Assembly (NCBI GenBank): GCA_963782055.1
Contig: CAWAIF010000003.1
Location: 4,544,001 to 4,608,000 of the forward strand
Reading direction: 5' to 3'
DNA from: an uncultured delta proteobacterium
GTDB lineage: Bacteria > Myxococcota_A > Polyangia > Polyangiales > Polyangiaceae
DNA length: 64,000 nt
Shown: one piece after another, positions 52,860 to 62,059 of the stretch
Layout of the letters: the number at the start of each line of letters is the position of its first letter
How positions within the stretch are numbered: the stretch's first letter is position 1
The notes under the pieces: generated by a model
What the model saw: only the letters and a program-made list of their open reading frames with translations
Told to the model about the DNA's origin: nothing
Databases searched by the model: none
Program-made: the position numbers and the translations under genes

Positions 52860-55607
52860 TCACCTCCTCCACGTCGCCACGCCCGACTCGCGGAGCTGGA
52901 TCTCCCGCTTCATCTCCGGCGTCAGCTCCTTCAGCTCCTCGCCGCGCAGCACTCGCTGCACCTGCGCCCCCAGGCCCGGCTGCTCGTCGACGTCGGTGAA
53001 GTCCCAGGACTTGGTGAGCTGCTTCTCCGCGAGCGTCGCCTTCTCCCCACACGACAGCGGCCACACGCGCGGCTTGTACGTGTACGGCGTCACGTCCGGC
53101 ACACTGGTGAACAGGTCCAGCGGCAGCCCCGCCTTCGCCACCACCGCGTTGGGGTACGGCAGGCCGAAGATGTGGGCGAGCATCTTGTGGATGGAGGCGG
53201 TGTCGATGTGCGTGTGCGAGACGTACCCGCGCTTGATCCACGGCGAGGCGAACATCACCGGCGTGCGGTGGTGGTCGACGTGCTCGCCGCCACCCGACGG
53301 ATCGTCCTCGGTGACGATGACGAGCGAAGAGGACCAGAAGGGGCTGTGGCTGATGGCGTCCACCACCATCCCCGTCGCCTCGTCGTTGACCGCGATCATC
53401 GCCTCCGGCGAGGGCGTCGCGCTGCCCACGCCCTGCGTGTGGTCGTTGGGCAGCGTCATGTAGACGAGGGACCCAAGGTTGCAGAGTACACGCAATCGCC
53501 CGGCGAAGTAGCAGGCCTTCTCGTTGTCCGGGTAGCCGATGCTCTGGATGAAGCCGCCGGGGTACTTGTAGTCGGTCTGCTTCGGCAAGGAGGTCGCCTC
53601 GCCCAGCACGTCCTCCGAGACGCCGTGCGCCGCCATCCAGTCGAAGACGCTCCCCTCCTGGGGCTGCCCGACATCCGCGATGCCCTGCGGCTGCACAGCC
53701 GACCTCCACGCCGAGCGCGAGTAGCCGGTCTCCTGCCAGGTGCGCTCCATGAAGTCGGAGGAGCGGCCGTAGACGGTCCAGAAGTGGCCCTGGATGGAGA
53801 GCTCGGCGTCGGTGTAGTAGTTGTCGCTCGTCGCGAAGGTACGCACCAGATCGCGCAGGCTCTGCCAGAGCTTGTCCATGTCGGCGGGCGAGGTCTTCAT
53901 GGTGAGCGACGGGTCGCCGTCCAGGCCGGGCAGATCGCCGAGCAGGGCGTCGAAGGTCTTGTTCTCGCGCACGACGAAGATCACGTGGTGGATCTGCTTG
54001 GAGGGCCCCTGCGTGTTGGTGGGGGGCAGGGGGAAGTCGTCCTCCCCGTCGGGGCACGTGACGACAGGCGCGCCTGCCAGGGCCCCGACGTCGTCGTCGG
54101 TGCGCGTCTCGGCGTCGCCCTGCGTGAGGTCCTGGCTCGTCGGCGCGGGCGTGACCTGCACCCCGCCGCGCACGCCGTTCATCCCGTTGCCCTGCGCGGG
54201 AGGGAACTGCTTGTCGATGGGACCGTTGGAGTGCCCGCGCCCGCTGGTGATCAGGAGCCCGCCGGAGGGGAGCACCACGACCGACGTCGGCCACCACGAG
54301 GTGGCGAGGCGGCCGGCGGGGGTGAGGGTGGGTGGCGTCGTCCCGAGGTCCACGTCCCACGCGGCGACGGCGTTCTGCCCGGCGAGCGTGGCGTAGAGGC
54401 GCTTCGCCGCCGCGTCGTACGCGAGCGTCGTCGGCTCCTGGCCGTGGAGGGTCACCTGCGCGTCGGCCGCGACCGGCGTCGTCTGCCCGGTGACGCGGTC
54501 GACGAGCGTCACCGTGTCGCCGAAGGCGTTGCCGACCGCCATCCAGCGCGCGTCGAGGAAGGCCATGCCCATCGGGTCCTTGTCGGTCGTGAAGGTGCGC
54601 GACTGCTTCGGCGCCGTCGGGTCGGAGAGATCCACCTCGACCACCGACCGCTTCGACATGCGCGAGACGTAGGCGTAGTGGCCCGACGCGTCGGCCGGGT
54701 CGAACGCCACGTCGAAGGTGGCGTACTCGTCGGCGGGCGCGTCCAGCGTGAGGCTCCCCAGCAGCTTGCCGTAGGTGCCCTTGAGGTCGTAGACGAGCAC
54801 GCGGTTGTCCAGCACCGAGGAGACGACCAGCTTCGTGCCGTCGGGGGAGACGGCGAGCCCGGAGACGAAGTAGTTGGCCGCGCTGCCGGTGTCGTCCACC
54901 GACTGCGGCAAGGCGATGCTGCGCGCGTCGCTGCGCGTGATCTTCTTCTGCTGCTGGTCCAGCGTGAGGGCCTGCACCACGCCGTCGTCGGTCGCGACGA
55001 ACACCAGGTCCGGCGCGGCGACGACGATGCCCTGGTTGAGCGTCTCGGGGGCGTCGAAGCGCACGCTGGAGAGCACGGGGTCGCCCGTCCCGACGAGGGC
55101 GGTGTCGATGAGGCGCACCGCGTGCGGGCCGTAGCCCGCGTCCACCACGAGCGCCATCGTGGTGCCCGCGATGGGGAGCGCGCGCACGGGGAGCCCGGCC
55201 ACCAGCCCGGCGTCGTCGAAGAGCCACTCGGCGCCGAAGGCCTTCACACGGCGGCCGTCGGGCAGGATGGTCGCGGCGGGGTCTTTCGGGTCGGCGCCGG
55301 CCTTGCGCACGGCGTCGCCCGTCGCGTCGCCGACCGTGCACTTCGCCGGCGCGGGCGCGGGGGAGGTGCCGTCCCACGCGGGGCAGGTGTCGTCGTGCGG
55401 GATGCTCTTCCAGTCGCCGAGGCTCGGGCACTGGTACGGCGACATCGACTCCGGGCACGCGGCGACCGGACACTGGTACGCGCACGACCTGGGCGCGGGC
55501 GCGAAGTCCACGGGGTCGGGCCCGGCGTCGGGCGTGGGGGGCTGGTCCGGCCCGCTGCTGCACGCGAGGAGCAGCGCGGGCGCGAGAGCAAGGAGAGTGG
55601 CTCGCAC
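52860..55607 (-). CDS. YncE-like beta-propeller + phosphoesterase/alkaline-phosphatase-superfamily lipoprotein
   Basis: Lipobox LLAC, ILPDGR, propeller repeats, HVIFVVRENKTFD, DNYY, LPNDHT, TEDD..G.EHVDHHR. Confidence 0.88.
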   Translation of the reverse strand: MRATLLALAPALLLACSSGPDQPPTPDAGPDPVDFAPAPRSCAYQCPVAACPESMSPYQCPSLGDWKSIPHDDTCPAWDGTSPAPAPAKCTVGDATGDAVRKAGADPKDPAATILPDGRRVKAFGAEWLFDDAGLVAGLPVRALPIAGTTMALVVDAGYGPHAVRLIDTALVGTGDPVLSSVRFDAPETLNQGIVVAAPDLVFVATDDGVVQALTLDQQQKKITRSDARSIALPQSVDDTGSAANYFVSGLAVSPDGTKLVVSSVLDNRVLVYDLKGTYGKLLGSLTLDAPADEYATFDVAFDPADASGHYAYVSRMSKRSVVEVDLSDPTAPKQSRTFTTDKDPMGMAFLDARWMAVGNAFGDTVTLVDRVTGQTTPVAADAQVTLHGQEPTTLAYDAAAKRLYATLAGQNAVAAWDVDLGTTPPTLTPAGRLATSWWPTSVVVLPSGGLLITSGRGHSNGPIDKQFPPAQGNGMNGVRGGVQVTPAPTSQDLTQGDAETRTDDDVGALAGAPVVTCPDGEDDFPLPPTNTQGPSKQIHHVIFVVRENKTFDALLGDLPGLDGDPSLTMKTSPADMDKLWQSLRDLVRTFATSDNYYTDAELSIQGHFWTVYGRSSDFMERTWQETGYSRSAWRSAVQPQGIADVGQPQEGSVFDWMAAHGVSEDVLGEATSLPKQTDYKYPGGFIQSIGYPDNEKACYFAGRLRVLCNLGSLVYMTLPNDHTQGVGSATPSPEAMIAVNDEATGMVVDAISHSPFWSSSLVIVTEDDPSGGGEHVDHHRTPVMFASPWIKRGYVSHTHIDTASIHKMLAHIFGLPYPNAVVAKAGLPLDLFTSVPDVTPYTYKPRVWPLSCGEKATLAEKQLTKSWDFTDVDEQPGLGAQVQRVLRGEELKELTPEMKREIQLRESGVATWRR

Positions 55608-55678
55608 TCACCGAATCTACCTCAAGCGAGCGACCACCGCGTCCCCCGCGTGCCGTCCCTCCGAGGCACGTCCCCCTC

Positions 55679-56500
55679 TCAGTACGCGCAGAGCGGCGTG
55701 TACGTGTACGACTTGCCGTCGGGCGCGGTGTACGTCGCGGTGTCGGTGCCGTAGGTGAGGTCGTAGATCTGCTTGGCCACCACGTCGGTCACCTTGATCT
55801 CGCTGCCCGACTGCGGGCACGACCCGGCGCACTGGCTGTAGGCGACGACGTCGGTCTTCAGCTCGCGCCCGGTGACGGTGCCGTCGGAGCTGCCGGCGAC
55901 GGACAGGCAGAGCTGCCCGACCGTCCACTTGAACTCCTTGTGGTTGGTGCGGTGGATCGCGCGCGCGTGCGCCGTCGTCCCGCTGAACTGGCCGTCCCAG
56001 ATCATGTCGCGGTCGTTGCCGCTCGCGGTGATGCCGGCGGTGGCCGACCAGTCGACGACCGAGCCGTTCACCTGCAGGCCGGTGGCGGAGTAGTCCAGGG
56101 TCAGCTGGTCCGGGCCGCTCGACGAGTAGCCGAGGGTCACGGTGCCGGTGACCTTCACCAGGCCGTAGGGCCCGGTGCACCCGTTGAAGACGTAGGTCGC
56201 CTGCTGCGCGACGGTGTCGTTGGTGACGGTGAGGCAGCCGGTGGGCTGGTAGAAGGCCTTCGCGCCGTCGCCGAAGCTGTCCACGGTGAGGTTGGACCCG
56301 TTGAGCTGACCCGGGGAGGTGAGCAGGCCGGCGCCCGTGCCGGTGCCGCTGACGAAGCTGGAGGCGAGAGACTCGATGTTCGCCTCGGTCGCAGCGCTGT
56401 CCTCGCCGGCGCTGAGGGTGTCGCTGCTGCCCCGGTTGCGCGCCGCGCACCCCGCCAGCACCACCGCCGCCACCGCCAACGTCCAGCCGACCTTCCTCAT
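55679..56500 (-). CDS. Hypothetical beta-rich lipoprotein
   Basis: GGAGGAG SD, lipobox LAGC, GCLT...F.GCTGPYGL, CPQSG. Confidence 0.8.
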   Translation of the reverse strand: MRKVGWTLAVAAVVLAGCAARNRGSSDTLSAGEDSAATEANIESLASSFVSGTGTGAGLLTSPGQLNGSNLTVDSFGDGAKAFYQPTGCLTVTNDTVAQQATYVFNGCTGPYGLVKVTGTVTLGYSSSGPDQLTLDYSATGLQVNGSVVDWSATAGITASGNDRDMIWDGQFSGTTAHARAIHRTNHKEFKWTVGQLCLSVAGSSDGTVTGRELKTDVVAYSQCAGSCPQSGSEIKVTDVVAKQIYDLTYGTDTATYTAPDGKSYTYTPLCAY

Positions 56501-56700
56501 CGCGTCTCCTCCGGGGTTACGCGCCGGGGTCGTTGCAGGGTGCGTGCCCGCACGAAGGAGCGGAAAAGTCGCCCACCGGGGCAAGGGTGTGAACGTCCGT
56601 TGGGAGAGGCGGCGTGGACCTGGATCCGCCGCGCCCTTTTGACTACGTTGGGCTCCCCCGTCCGCCGACCGGCCCTCGTGCCGAGAGAAGGAGGAGCAAG

Positions 56701-57453
56701 GTGAACAAAGTCTACGCCACGGCGCGCGAGGCGTGCGCCGACATCCCGACCGGCGCCACCATCCTCGCGGGTGGGTTCGGCCTGTGCGGCATCCCGGAGA
56801 ACTGCATCGCCGCGCTGCGCGAGATCGGCTCCAAGGACCTGGTCTTCGTCTCCAACAACTGCGGCGTCGACGACTTCGGCCTGGGGATCCTGCTGGGCAA
56901 CAAGCAGATCCGGAAGATGATCTCGTCGTACGTCGGCGAGAACAAGGAGTTCGAGCGGCAGTACCTCTCCGGGGAGCTGGAGGTGGAGCTCTGCCCGCAG
57001 GGCACGCTCGCCGAGCGGCTGCGCGCCGGCGGCGCGGGCATCCCCGCGTTCTACACGCCGACGGGCGTGGGCACCGCGATCAGCGAGGGCGGACTGCCGC
57101 TGCGCTACGCGAAGGACGGCAAGGTCGCCAAGACGAGCGACAAGAAGGAGGTCCGCGAGTTCGACGGCCGCTCCTACGTGCTCGAGCGCGCCATCACCGG
57201 GGACTTCGCCATCGTCAAGGCGTGGAAGGGCGACCGCTTCGGCAACCTGGTCTTCCACCACACGGCGATGAACTTCAACCCGCTCTGCGCGGCGGCGGCG
57301 AAGGTGACGATCGCGGAGGTGGAGGAGCTGGTGGAGGTGGGCGAGCTCGAGCCCTCGCAGATCCACACGCCCGGGATCTACGTGCACCGCATCTTCAAGG
57401 GCCCGAAGTTCGAGAAGCGCATCGAGCGCCGCACCGTGAGGAAGGCGTCATGA
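56701..57453 (+). CDS. scoA: 3-oxoacid CoA-transferase subunit A
   Basis: [45 protein letters not shown]. Confidence 0.95.
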   Translation: MNKVYATAREACADIPTGATILAGGFGLCGIPENCIAALREIGSKDLVFVSNNCGVDDFGLGILLGNKQIRKMISSYVGENKEFERQYLSGELEVELCPQGTLAERLRAGGAGIPAFYTPTGVGTAISEGGLPLRYAKDGKVAKTSDKKEVREFDGRSYVLERAITGDFAIVKAWKGDRFGNLVFHHTAMNFNPLCAAAAKVTIAEVEELVEVGELEPSQIHTPGIYVHRIFKGPKFEKRIERRTVRKAS

Positions 57454-58112
57454 GCAAGGGACTCACCCGCGACCAGATCGCCCAGCGCGCCGCGCAGGAG
57501 CTCCGCGACGGCTACTACGTCAACCTGGGCATCGGCATGCCGACGCTCGTCTCCAACTACATCCCCGAAGGGGTGGAGGTGGTGCTGCAGAGCGAGAACG
57601 GGCTGCTGGGCATCGGCCCCTACCCGGAGGCCGGCGAGGAGGACGCCGACCTCATCAACGCGGGCAAGGAGACGGTGACGATGCTGCCGGGCTCGGCGGT
57701 GTTCAACAGCGCGGAGAGCTTCGAGATGATCCGCGGCGGGCACATCGACCTCGCCATCCTGGGCGCGATGCAGGTCTCGGAGAAGGGCGACCTCGCCAAC
57801 TGGATGATCCCCGGCAAGATGGTCAAGGGCATGGGCGGCGCGATGGACCTCGTCGCCAGCGCCAAGCGCGTCGTCGTGATCATGGATCACGCGGCCAAGG
57901 ACGGGAGGCCGAAGATCCTGAAGGACTGCAACCTGCCGCTCACCGGCAAGGCGGTCGTCCACCGCATCATCACCGACCTGTGCGTGCTGGACGTGACGCC
58001 GGAGGGGCTGATCCTGCGCGAGCTCACGCCCGGCGTCTCCGCGCGCGAGGTACAGGAGAAGACGGAGCCGACGATCAAGGTGCCGCCGGACGTCGCGGAG
58101 ATGAAGCTCTAA
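57450..58112 (+). CDS. scoB: 3-oxoacid CoA-transferase subunit B
   Basis: [12 protein letters not shown] (catalytic Glu), [12 protein letters not shown] overlap with subunit A. Confidence 0.95.
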   Translation: MSKGLTRDQIAQRAAQELRDGYYVNLGIGMPTLVSNYIPEGVEVVLQSENGLLGIGPYPEAGEEDADLINAGKETVTMLPGSAVFNSAESFEMIRGGHIDLAILGAMQVSEKGDLANWMIPGKMVKGMGGAMDLVASAKRVVVIMDHAAKDGRPKILKDCNLPLTGKAVVHRIITDLCVLDVTPEGLILRELTPGVSAREVQEKTEPTIKVPPDVAEMKL

Positions 58113-58116
58113 ATGA

Positions 58117-58144
58117 ACGAGGCGCGATTCGAAATCGCGCTCGT
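58117..58144 (+). terminator. Hairpin after scoB
   Basis: ACGA-g-GCGCGATT-cga-AATCGCGC-TCGT immediately after the TAA. Confidence 0.6.
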
Positions 58145-58165
58145 CCGATTCTAGGTCTTGTCTCC

Positions 58166-58185
58166 GGGGCGGCACGCGCCGCCCC
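58166..58185. repeat. REP-like palindromic 20-mer (copy 2)
   Basis: Identical to 35168-35187; followed by a further hairpin (CCCCGAG...TTCGGGG). Confidence 0.7.
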
Positions 58186-58251
58186 GCCCCGAGGAACGCG
58201 GTTTTCGGGGCCCCACCCCACGCGGCGCTCGCTTTGCTCGGTCCGTCGGGT

Positions 58252-58995
58252 TCACATCAGGCGGGAGAGAATGTCCATCAGGTCGATGAGCGCCTCGCTG
58301 CTCGCCGGGCCGGACCCGAGCGTGTGGCGGAAGTGCCCCGCGGGCGCCGCGGCGTCCTTGATGCGGCTCGCCCGCCTGTCGACCGCCAGCTGACGCGCCT
58401 CGCGCTCGCGCTCCGCCTTCTCGGCGGCGAGCGCGACGTCCAGCCCGCCCTTCTCCACGAAGGCGAGCGCGCCGGTGAGCTCGCCGGCGTCGAACCATGT
58501 TCCGTGTACCTTGCACGTATCGACCAGGATGCCGGAGCGGCGCCCGAAGACGGCGCGGTTCATACGCTCGCCGCAGTCGGGGCAGGGCAGGTAGCTGACC
58601 ACGTCGGGGGGCATCGGTCCCGGGCGGATCGACGCCGGCACAATCTGGCGGTGCGCCTCCACCAGGCGCGCCATCACGTCGTGCGGGACGAACAAGCCGC
58701 CGCAGTTGGCGCAGTCGAGGGCGGCGCCCTGCGCGGTGTCGAGCGACGAGAGCGCGCCCCCGCAGCGTGGACAGAGGGCGCCCATCGCGAACAGCTCCGC
58801 CTCCAGCTCCAGCGACATCCCGCAGCGCTCGCACTCCCCGGCGCCCACGCGGCAAAGCCAGAGACACGACCCGCACCGCACCCGCGGCAGCTCGGCGTGG
58901 CAGCGCCCGCATGCGCGCGCCTGCGAGGACACCTCCGCCCCGCACCCCGGGCAGCGCGCGTCAGCGAAGGACCCGCTCCGGTAGGGCGAGCTCAT
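58252..58995 (-). CDS. Multi-zinc-ribbon protein (double zinc ribbon + zf-TFIIB-like)
   Basis: CPGC/CGRC, CGSC/CERC, CPRC/CANCGGLF, CPDC/CKVHGTWFDAGEL. Confidence 0.88.
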   Translation of the reverse strand: MSSPYRSGSFADARCPGCGAEVSSQARACGRCHAELPRVRCGSCLWLCRVGAGECERCGMSLELEAELFAMGALCPRCGGALSSLDTAQGAALDCANCGGLFVPHDVMARLVEAHRQIVPASIRPGPMPPDVVSYLPCPDCGERMNRAVFGRRSGILVDTCKVHGTWFDAGELTGALAFVEKGGLDVALAAEKAEREREARQLAVDRRASRIKDAAAPAGHFRHTLGSGPASSEALIDLMDILSRLM

Positions 58996-59056
58996 GGCCT
59001 CGAAGGTAGCACCTGCGCGAAGGCGAAGGGCGAGACAGGCGACGCCAACACCCTCC

Positions 59057-59258
59057 ACCTGTCTCCTGTCTCCCTGGCCCCTGTCGCCTGTCGCCTGTCG
59101 CCTGGCACCCGGCCCCTGGCCCCTTGCCTCTGGCTCCTGGCTCCTGGCTCCTGGCTCCTGCCTTGCCTGTCGCCTGTCGCCTGTCCCCTGTCCCCTGTCG
59201 CCTGTCGCCTGTCGCCTGTCGCCTGTCGCCTGTCCCCCCTGTCCCCCCTCCCTGTCCC
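59057..59258. repeat. Degenerate heptamer tandem array, consensus NCCTG(T/G)C
   Basis: Blocks of GCCTGTC, CCCTGTC, TCCTGGC and CCCTGGC, roughly 28 units. Confidence 0.92.
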
Positions 59259-59331
59259 CGGACACCAAACGTCGGACGGCGAGCGTGCTTGCAGTTCGAC
59301 GTTTCAGCGGGAATCTGCGGAGGAGGGGGGG

Positions 59332-59347
59332 TGGCATGGGGGGTGCT
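59332..59347 (+). promoter_or_regulatory. Sigma54-type -24/-12 promoter (TGGCAT-N5-GTGCT)
   Basis: GG 59333-34 and GC 59345-46 are separated by exactly 10 nt; ATG at 59360. Confidence 0.55.
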
Positions 59348-59359
59348 CTTGGGGGTGGG

Positions 59360-59953
59360 ATGGACCCTGTGTTCTTCACCATCAAGCGGGCTTACTACGC
59401 GACGCTCAAGCTGACGCGGCGGGCGCTGGCCGCGATGGGGCTCACGGCGGCGCGGTACGACCTGCTCGACGCCCTCTACAAGCTCGGGACGCGCACCGTC
59501 TCGCTTCAGAGCCAGCTCCGGCGGGCGCTCGGCGTCGCCCGCTCCACGATCAGTCGCATGATGCGGTCGCTCGAGCAGCTGGGGCTCGTCACCCGGCGGC
59601 GCGATGGGCGCGACTGCATCGTCGCGCTCACGCCCGAGGGCCGTCGCCGCGTGCGCCGCGCCCACTTCGGCCTCGTGCTCGTCGGACACGTGGGGCTCGC
59701 GCTGGACGGCGCGCTCGCTCCCGGGGAGCGCCGCTGGCCCGCCGCGCGCACCTGCGCCAGCGCGCGCAGACATCTCGAAGTGCTGTGCATGCGCATCCGC
59801 CTCGGCTTCGGTGACGAGGCCGTCCTCGACAGACGCACCGAATACGGCTTCTGGGTCCTGCGAGCCGATGAACGCGCGCGGCACGCGCGCGCGCGTCGGG
59901 AGCACCGCAGGCGCGAGCTCGAGCGTGTGCACGCCCTCGTCGCCCCCTCGTGA
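59360..59953 (+). CDS. MarR-family winged-helix regulator
   Basis: GLTAARYDLL, QSQLRRALGVARSTISRMMRSLEQLGLVTR, DGR..IVALTPEGR. Confidence 0.85.
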   Translation: MDPVFFTIKRAYYATLKLTRRALAAMGLTAARYDLLDALYKLGTRTVSLQSQLRRALGVARSTISRMMRSLEQLGLVTRRRDGRDCIVALTPEGRRRVRRAHFGLVLVGHVGLALDGALAPGERRWPAARTCASARRHLEVLCMRIRLGFGDEAVLDRRTEYGFWVLRADERARHARARREHRRRELERVHALVAPS

Positions 59954-60062
59954 GCCTCGCGCCCGCGCACGCCCCCCCACATCTGCGCCGTGCCAGGCCG
60001 CCCCGCCCCGCCCCCGCCTTGTCACGTGCGGCCCGCACCCGCTGCCGTATACTCGCGCCCGC

Positions 60063-61112
60063 ATGGCGCCACCTTCGTCGCGCAAGCACCGGCACGCGCT
60101 CGAGACGCTGCTCCGCCTCACGCAGAAGCTCACCGACAACCGGCCGCTCGAGGAGTCCCTCTCCGCGGTGACCGATGCGGCGCTGGAGCTCATCCCGGCG
60201 GACCACGCCTCCATCCGCCTGCTCGACGCGACGCACACCGAGCTGCTGAGCGGCGCGCGCTCCGGCATCGGCACCGATACCCGACCCATCACCTTCCGCA
60301 AGGGCGAGGGCCTCATCGGCTGGGTCGTGGAGTTCAAGGAGGGCGTGCGCCTGGACGACACCGCGAGCGATCCCCGCTTCGTCCCTGGCGCGCGGCAGGG
60401 CTTCGCCATCCGATCCATCATCGCCGAGCCGCTCTGGTCGGCCGGCTACGTCATCGGCGTGCTCAGCGCATCCTCCCCGCGGCCGAAGGCGTTCACCATG
60501 GACGACCACCTGATGGTGCGCCTGCTCGCCAACACCTGCACCCCGCCCATCGAGCGCGCGCGCCTGCGCCGCCTCGCGCTCACCGACGACCTGACCCTCG
60601 CCTACAACCAGCGCTACCTCTCCCCGCGCTTCAACGAGGAGATTGAGCGCGCGCGACGCTCCGGGGCGCCGCTCAGCGTCATGCTGCTCGACCTGGACCA
60701 CTTCAAGAAGGTCAACGACGACTACGGCCACGACGCCGGCGACGCCGTGCTGCGCATGTTCGCCGACAGGGTGCGCCGCGCGGTGCGCCGCGTGGACGTC
60801 TTCATCCGCCGCGGCGGCGAGGAGTTCCTGCTCGTGATGCCGTCCACCACGCTGGAGCAGGCGCGCGCGACGGGCGAGCGCATCCGGCAGAGCGTCTCGG
60901 AGGCGGACTTCGACGTGGGCGACGGCGGGATGCACCTCCACCAGACGGTGAGCATCGGCGTGGCGTGCTGGGACTTCAAGGAGTCCCCGGAGGCGCTCCA
61001 GCGCCGCGCCGACGCGGCCATGTACCAGGCGAAGGACCAGGGCCGCGACCGCGTCGTGGTCTCCGCGCCGTCGCGGCCCTCGCTGGTGCCGGACACGCTG
61101 CGAGGGCGCTGA
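60063..61112 (+). CDS. GAF-GGDEF diguanylate cyclase
   Basis: GAF (GEGLIGWV, DPRF), then TDDLT..YN.RY, DLDHFK.VND.YGH.AGD, RRVD (I-site RxxD) and GGEEF. Confidence 0.95.
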   Translation: MAPPSSRKHRHALETLLRLTQKLTDNRPLEESLSAVTDAALELIPADHASIRLLDATHTELLSGARSGIGTDTRPITFRKGEGLIGWVVEFKEGVRLDDTASDPRFVPGARQGFAIRSIIAEPLWSAGYVIGVLSASSPRPKAFTMDDHLMVRLLANTCTPPIERARLRRLALTDDLTLAYNQRYLSPRFNEEIERARRSGAPLSVMLLDLDHFKKVNDDYGHDAGDAVLRMFADRVRRAVRRVDVFIRRGGEEFLLVMPSTTLEQARATGERIRQSVSEADFDVGDGGMHLHQTVSIGVACWDFKESPEALQRRADAAMYQAKDQGRDRVVVSAPSRPSLVPDTLRGR

Positions 61113-61113
61113 G

Positions 61114-61983
61114 TCAGTTCACGCAGACGTTGTTGTTGCAGTTGTGCGAGGGGCAGTCCGTGTCCTGGACGCACTGCACGCACCGGCCGTTGTCCCCGTT
61201 GCAGAGCGGGGCGCTCGGCGACGTGCAGTCGGCCGCGGTCTGACACTGCACGCACCGCTCCTGCGCATTGCAGATCGGCGCGGCGGTGCTGCAGTCGGCG
61301 GCGGTGAGGCACGCGACGCACGTGGCGCGCTGCACGTCGCACCTGGGCGTCTCCCCGCCGCACTGCGCGTCGCTGGTGCAGCCGGTGCGGCACCTGTGCT
61401 CCTGCGCGTCGCAGATGGGCGCGGCCGTACCGCAGTCGGCGTTGGTGAGACACTGCACGCACGAGTGTTCGCTCTGCAGGCATCGCGGGTCGGAGACGGG
61501 GCAGTCGGCGTTGGAGGCACACTCCACGCATCGCTTCGTGGTGCCGTCGCAGACGGGGCGCGAGGCGGGGCAATCGGCCGCCGAGTTGCAGCCCACGCAG
61601 ACGCCGGTGTTGGGGTCGCAGAGGGGCGCGTTCTGCGGGCAGGTCCCGTTGCCCGTGCAGGCCTGGTGGCACTGGTGATCCCCTGGCCAGCACGCCGGCG
61701 CCGCCACGCCGCAGTCGCCGTTGGTGCGACACGCGTCGCAGCTCCCCGCCACGCAGAACGGGTGGCTCGCGGGGCAGTTGGCGTCGGCGGTGCAGTCCAC
61801 GCACCCCAGCGTCGCGTCGCACACCTGGTTGTTCCGGCAGCCGTTTCCGCAGACGCCGGCCCCGCCTCCCCCATCGAGATTTCCCGTCGCGATGCTGCCG
61901 TTCGAGCCGCCACAGGCCACCAGCGTCACCACGGCCGCCGGCACGACGACACCGGCAAGTCGAGCAAGGTTCACGAAGCGCAT
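61114..61983 (-). CDS. Cys-rich repeat lipoprotein
   Basis: Lipobox LVAC; about 10 repeats of CV.C...ADC....P.C. Confidence 0.88.
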   Translation of the reverse strand: MRFVNLARLAGVVVPAAVVTLVACGGSNGSIATGNLDGGGGAGVCGNGCRNNQVCDATLGCVDCTADANCPASHPFCVAGSCDACRTNGDCGVAAPACWPGDHQCHQACTGNGTCPQNAPLCDPNTGVCVGCNSAADCPASRPVCDGTTKRCVECASNADCPVSDPRCLQSEHSCVQCLTNADCGTAAPICDAQEHRCRTGCTSDAQCGGETPRCDVQRATCVACLTAADCSTAAPICNAQERCVQCQTAADCTSPSAPLCNGDNGRCVQCVQDTDCPSHNCNNNVCVN

Positions 61984-62059
61984 ACGAAGCCTCCTGCCCA
62001 TTCCGTGGGCGGTGCGGGAGCGGGAGTTACGAAAAACTGTGGTAATTGTCGGGGCAGCC

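Noticed and set aside
59057..59258. Repeat array as a CRISPR
   Set aside because: Contiguous 7-bp units without unique spacers, and no cas genes in the window.
58994..59385. N-terminal extensions of the zinc-ribbon and MarR ORFs through the heptamer array
   Set aside because: Translations are periodic (RRQATGD / LSPVAC), and better starts with promoter motifs exist at 58995 and 59360.
61114..61983. Cys-rich repeat protein as a RiPP precursor or multihaem cytochrome
   Set aside because: No CxxCH motifs and no adjacent modifying enzyme; it fits an ordinary disulfide-rich repeat lipoprotein.
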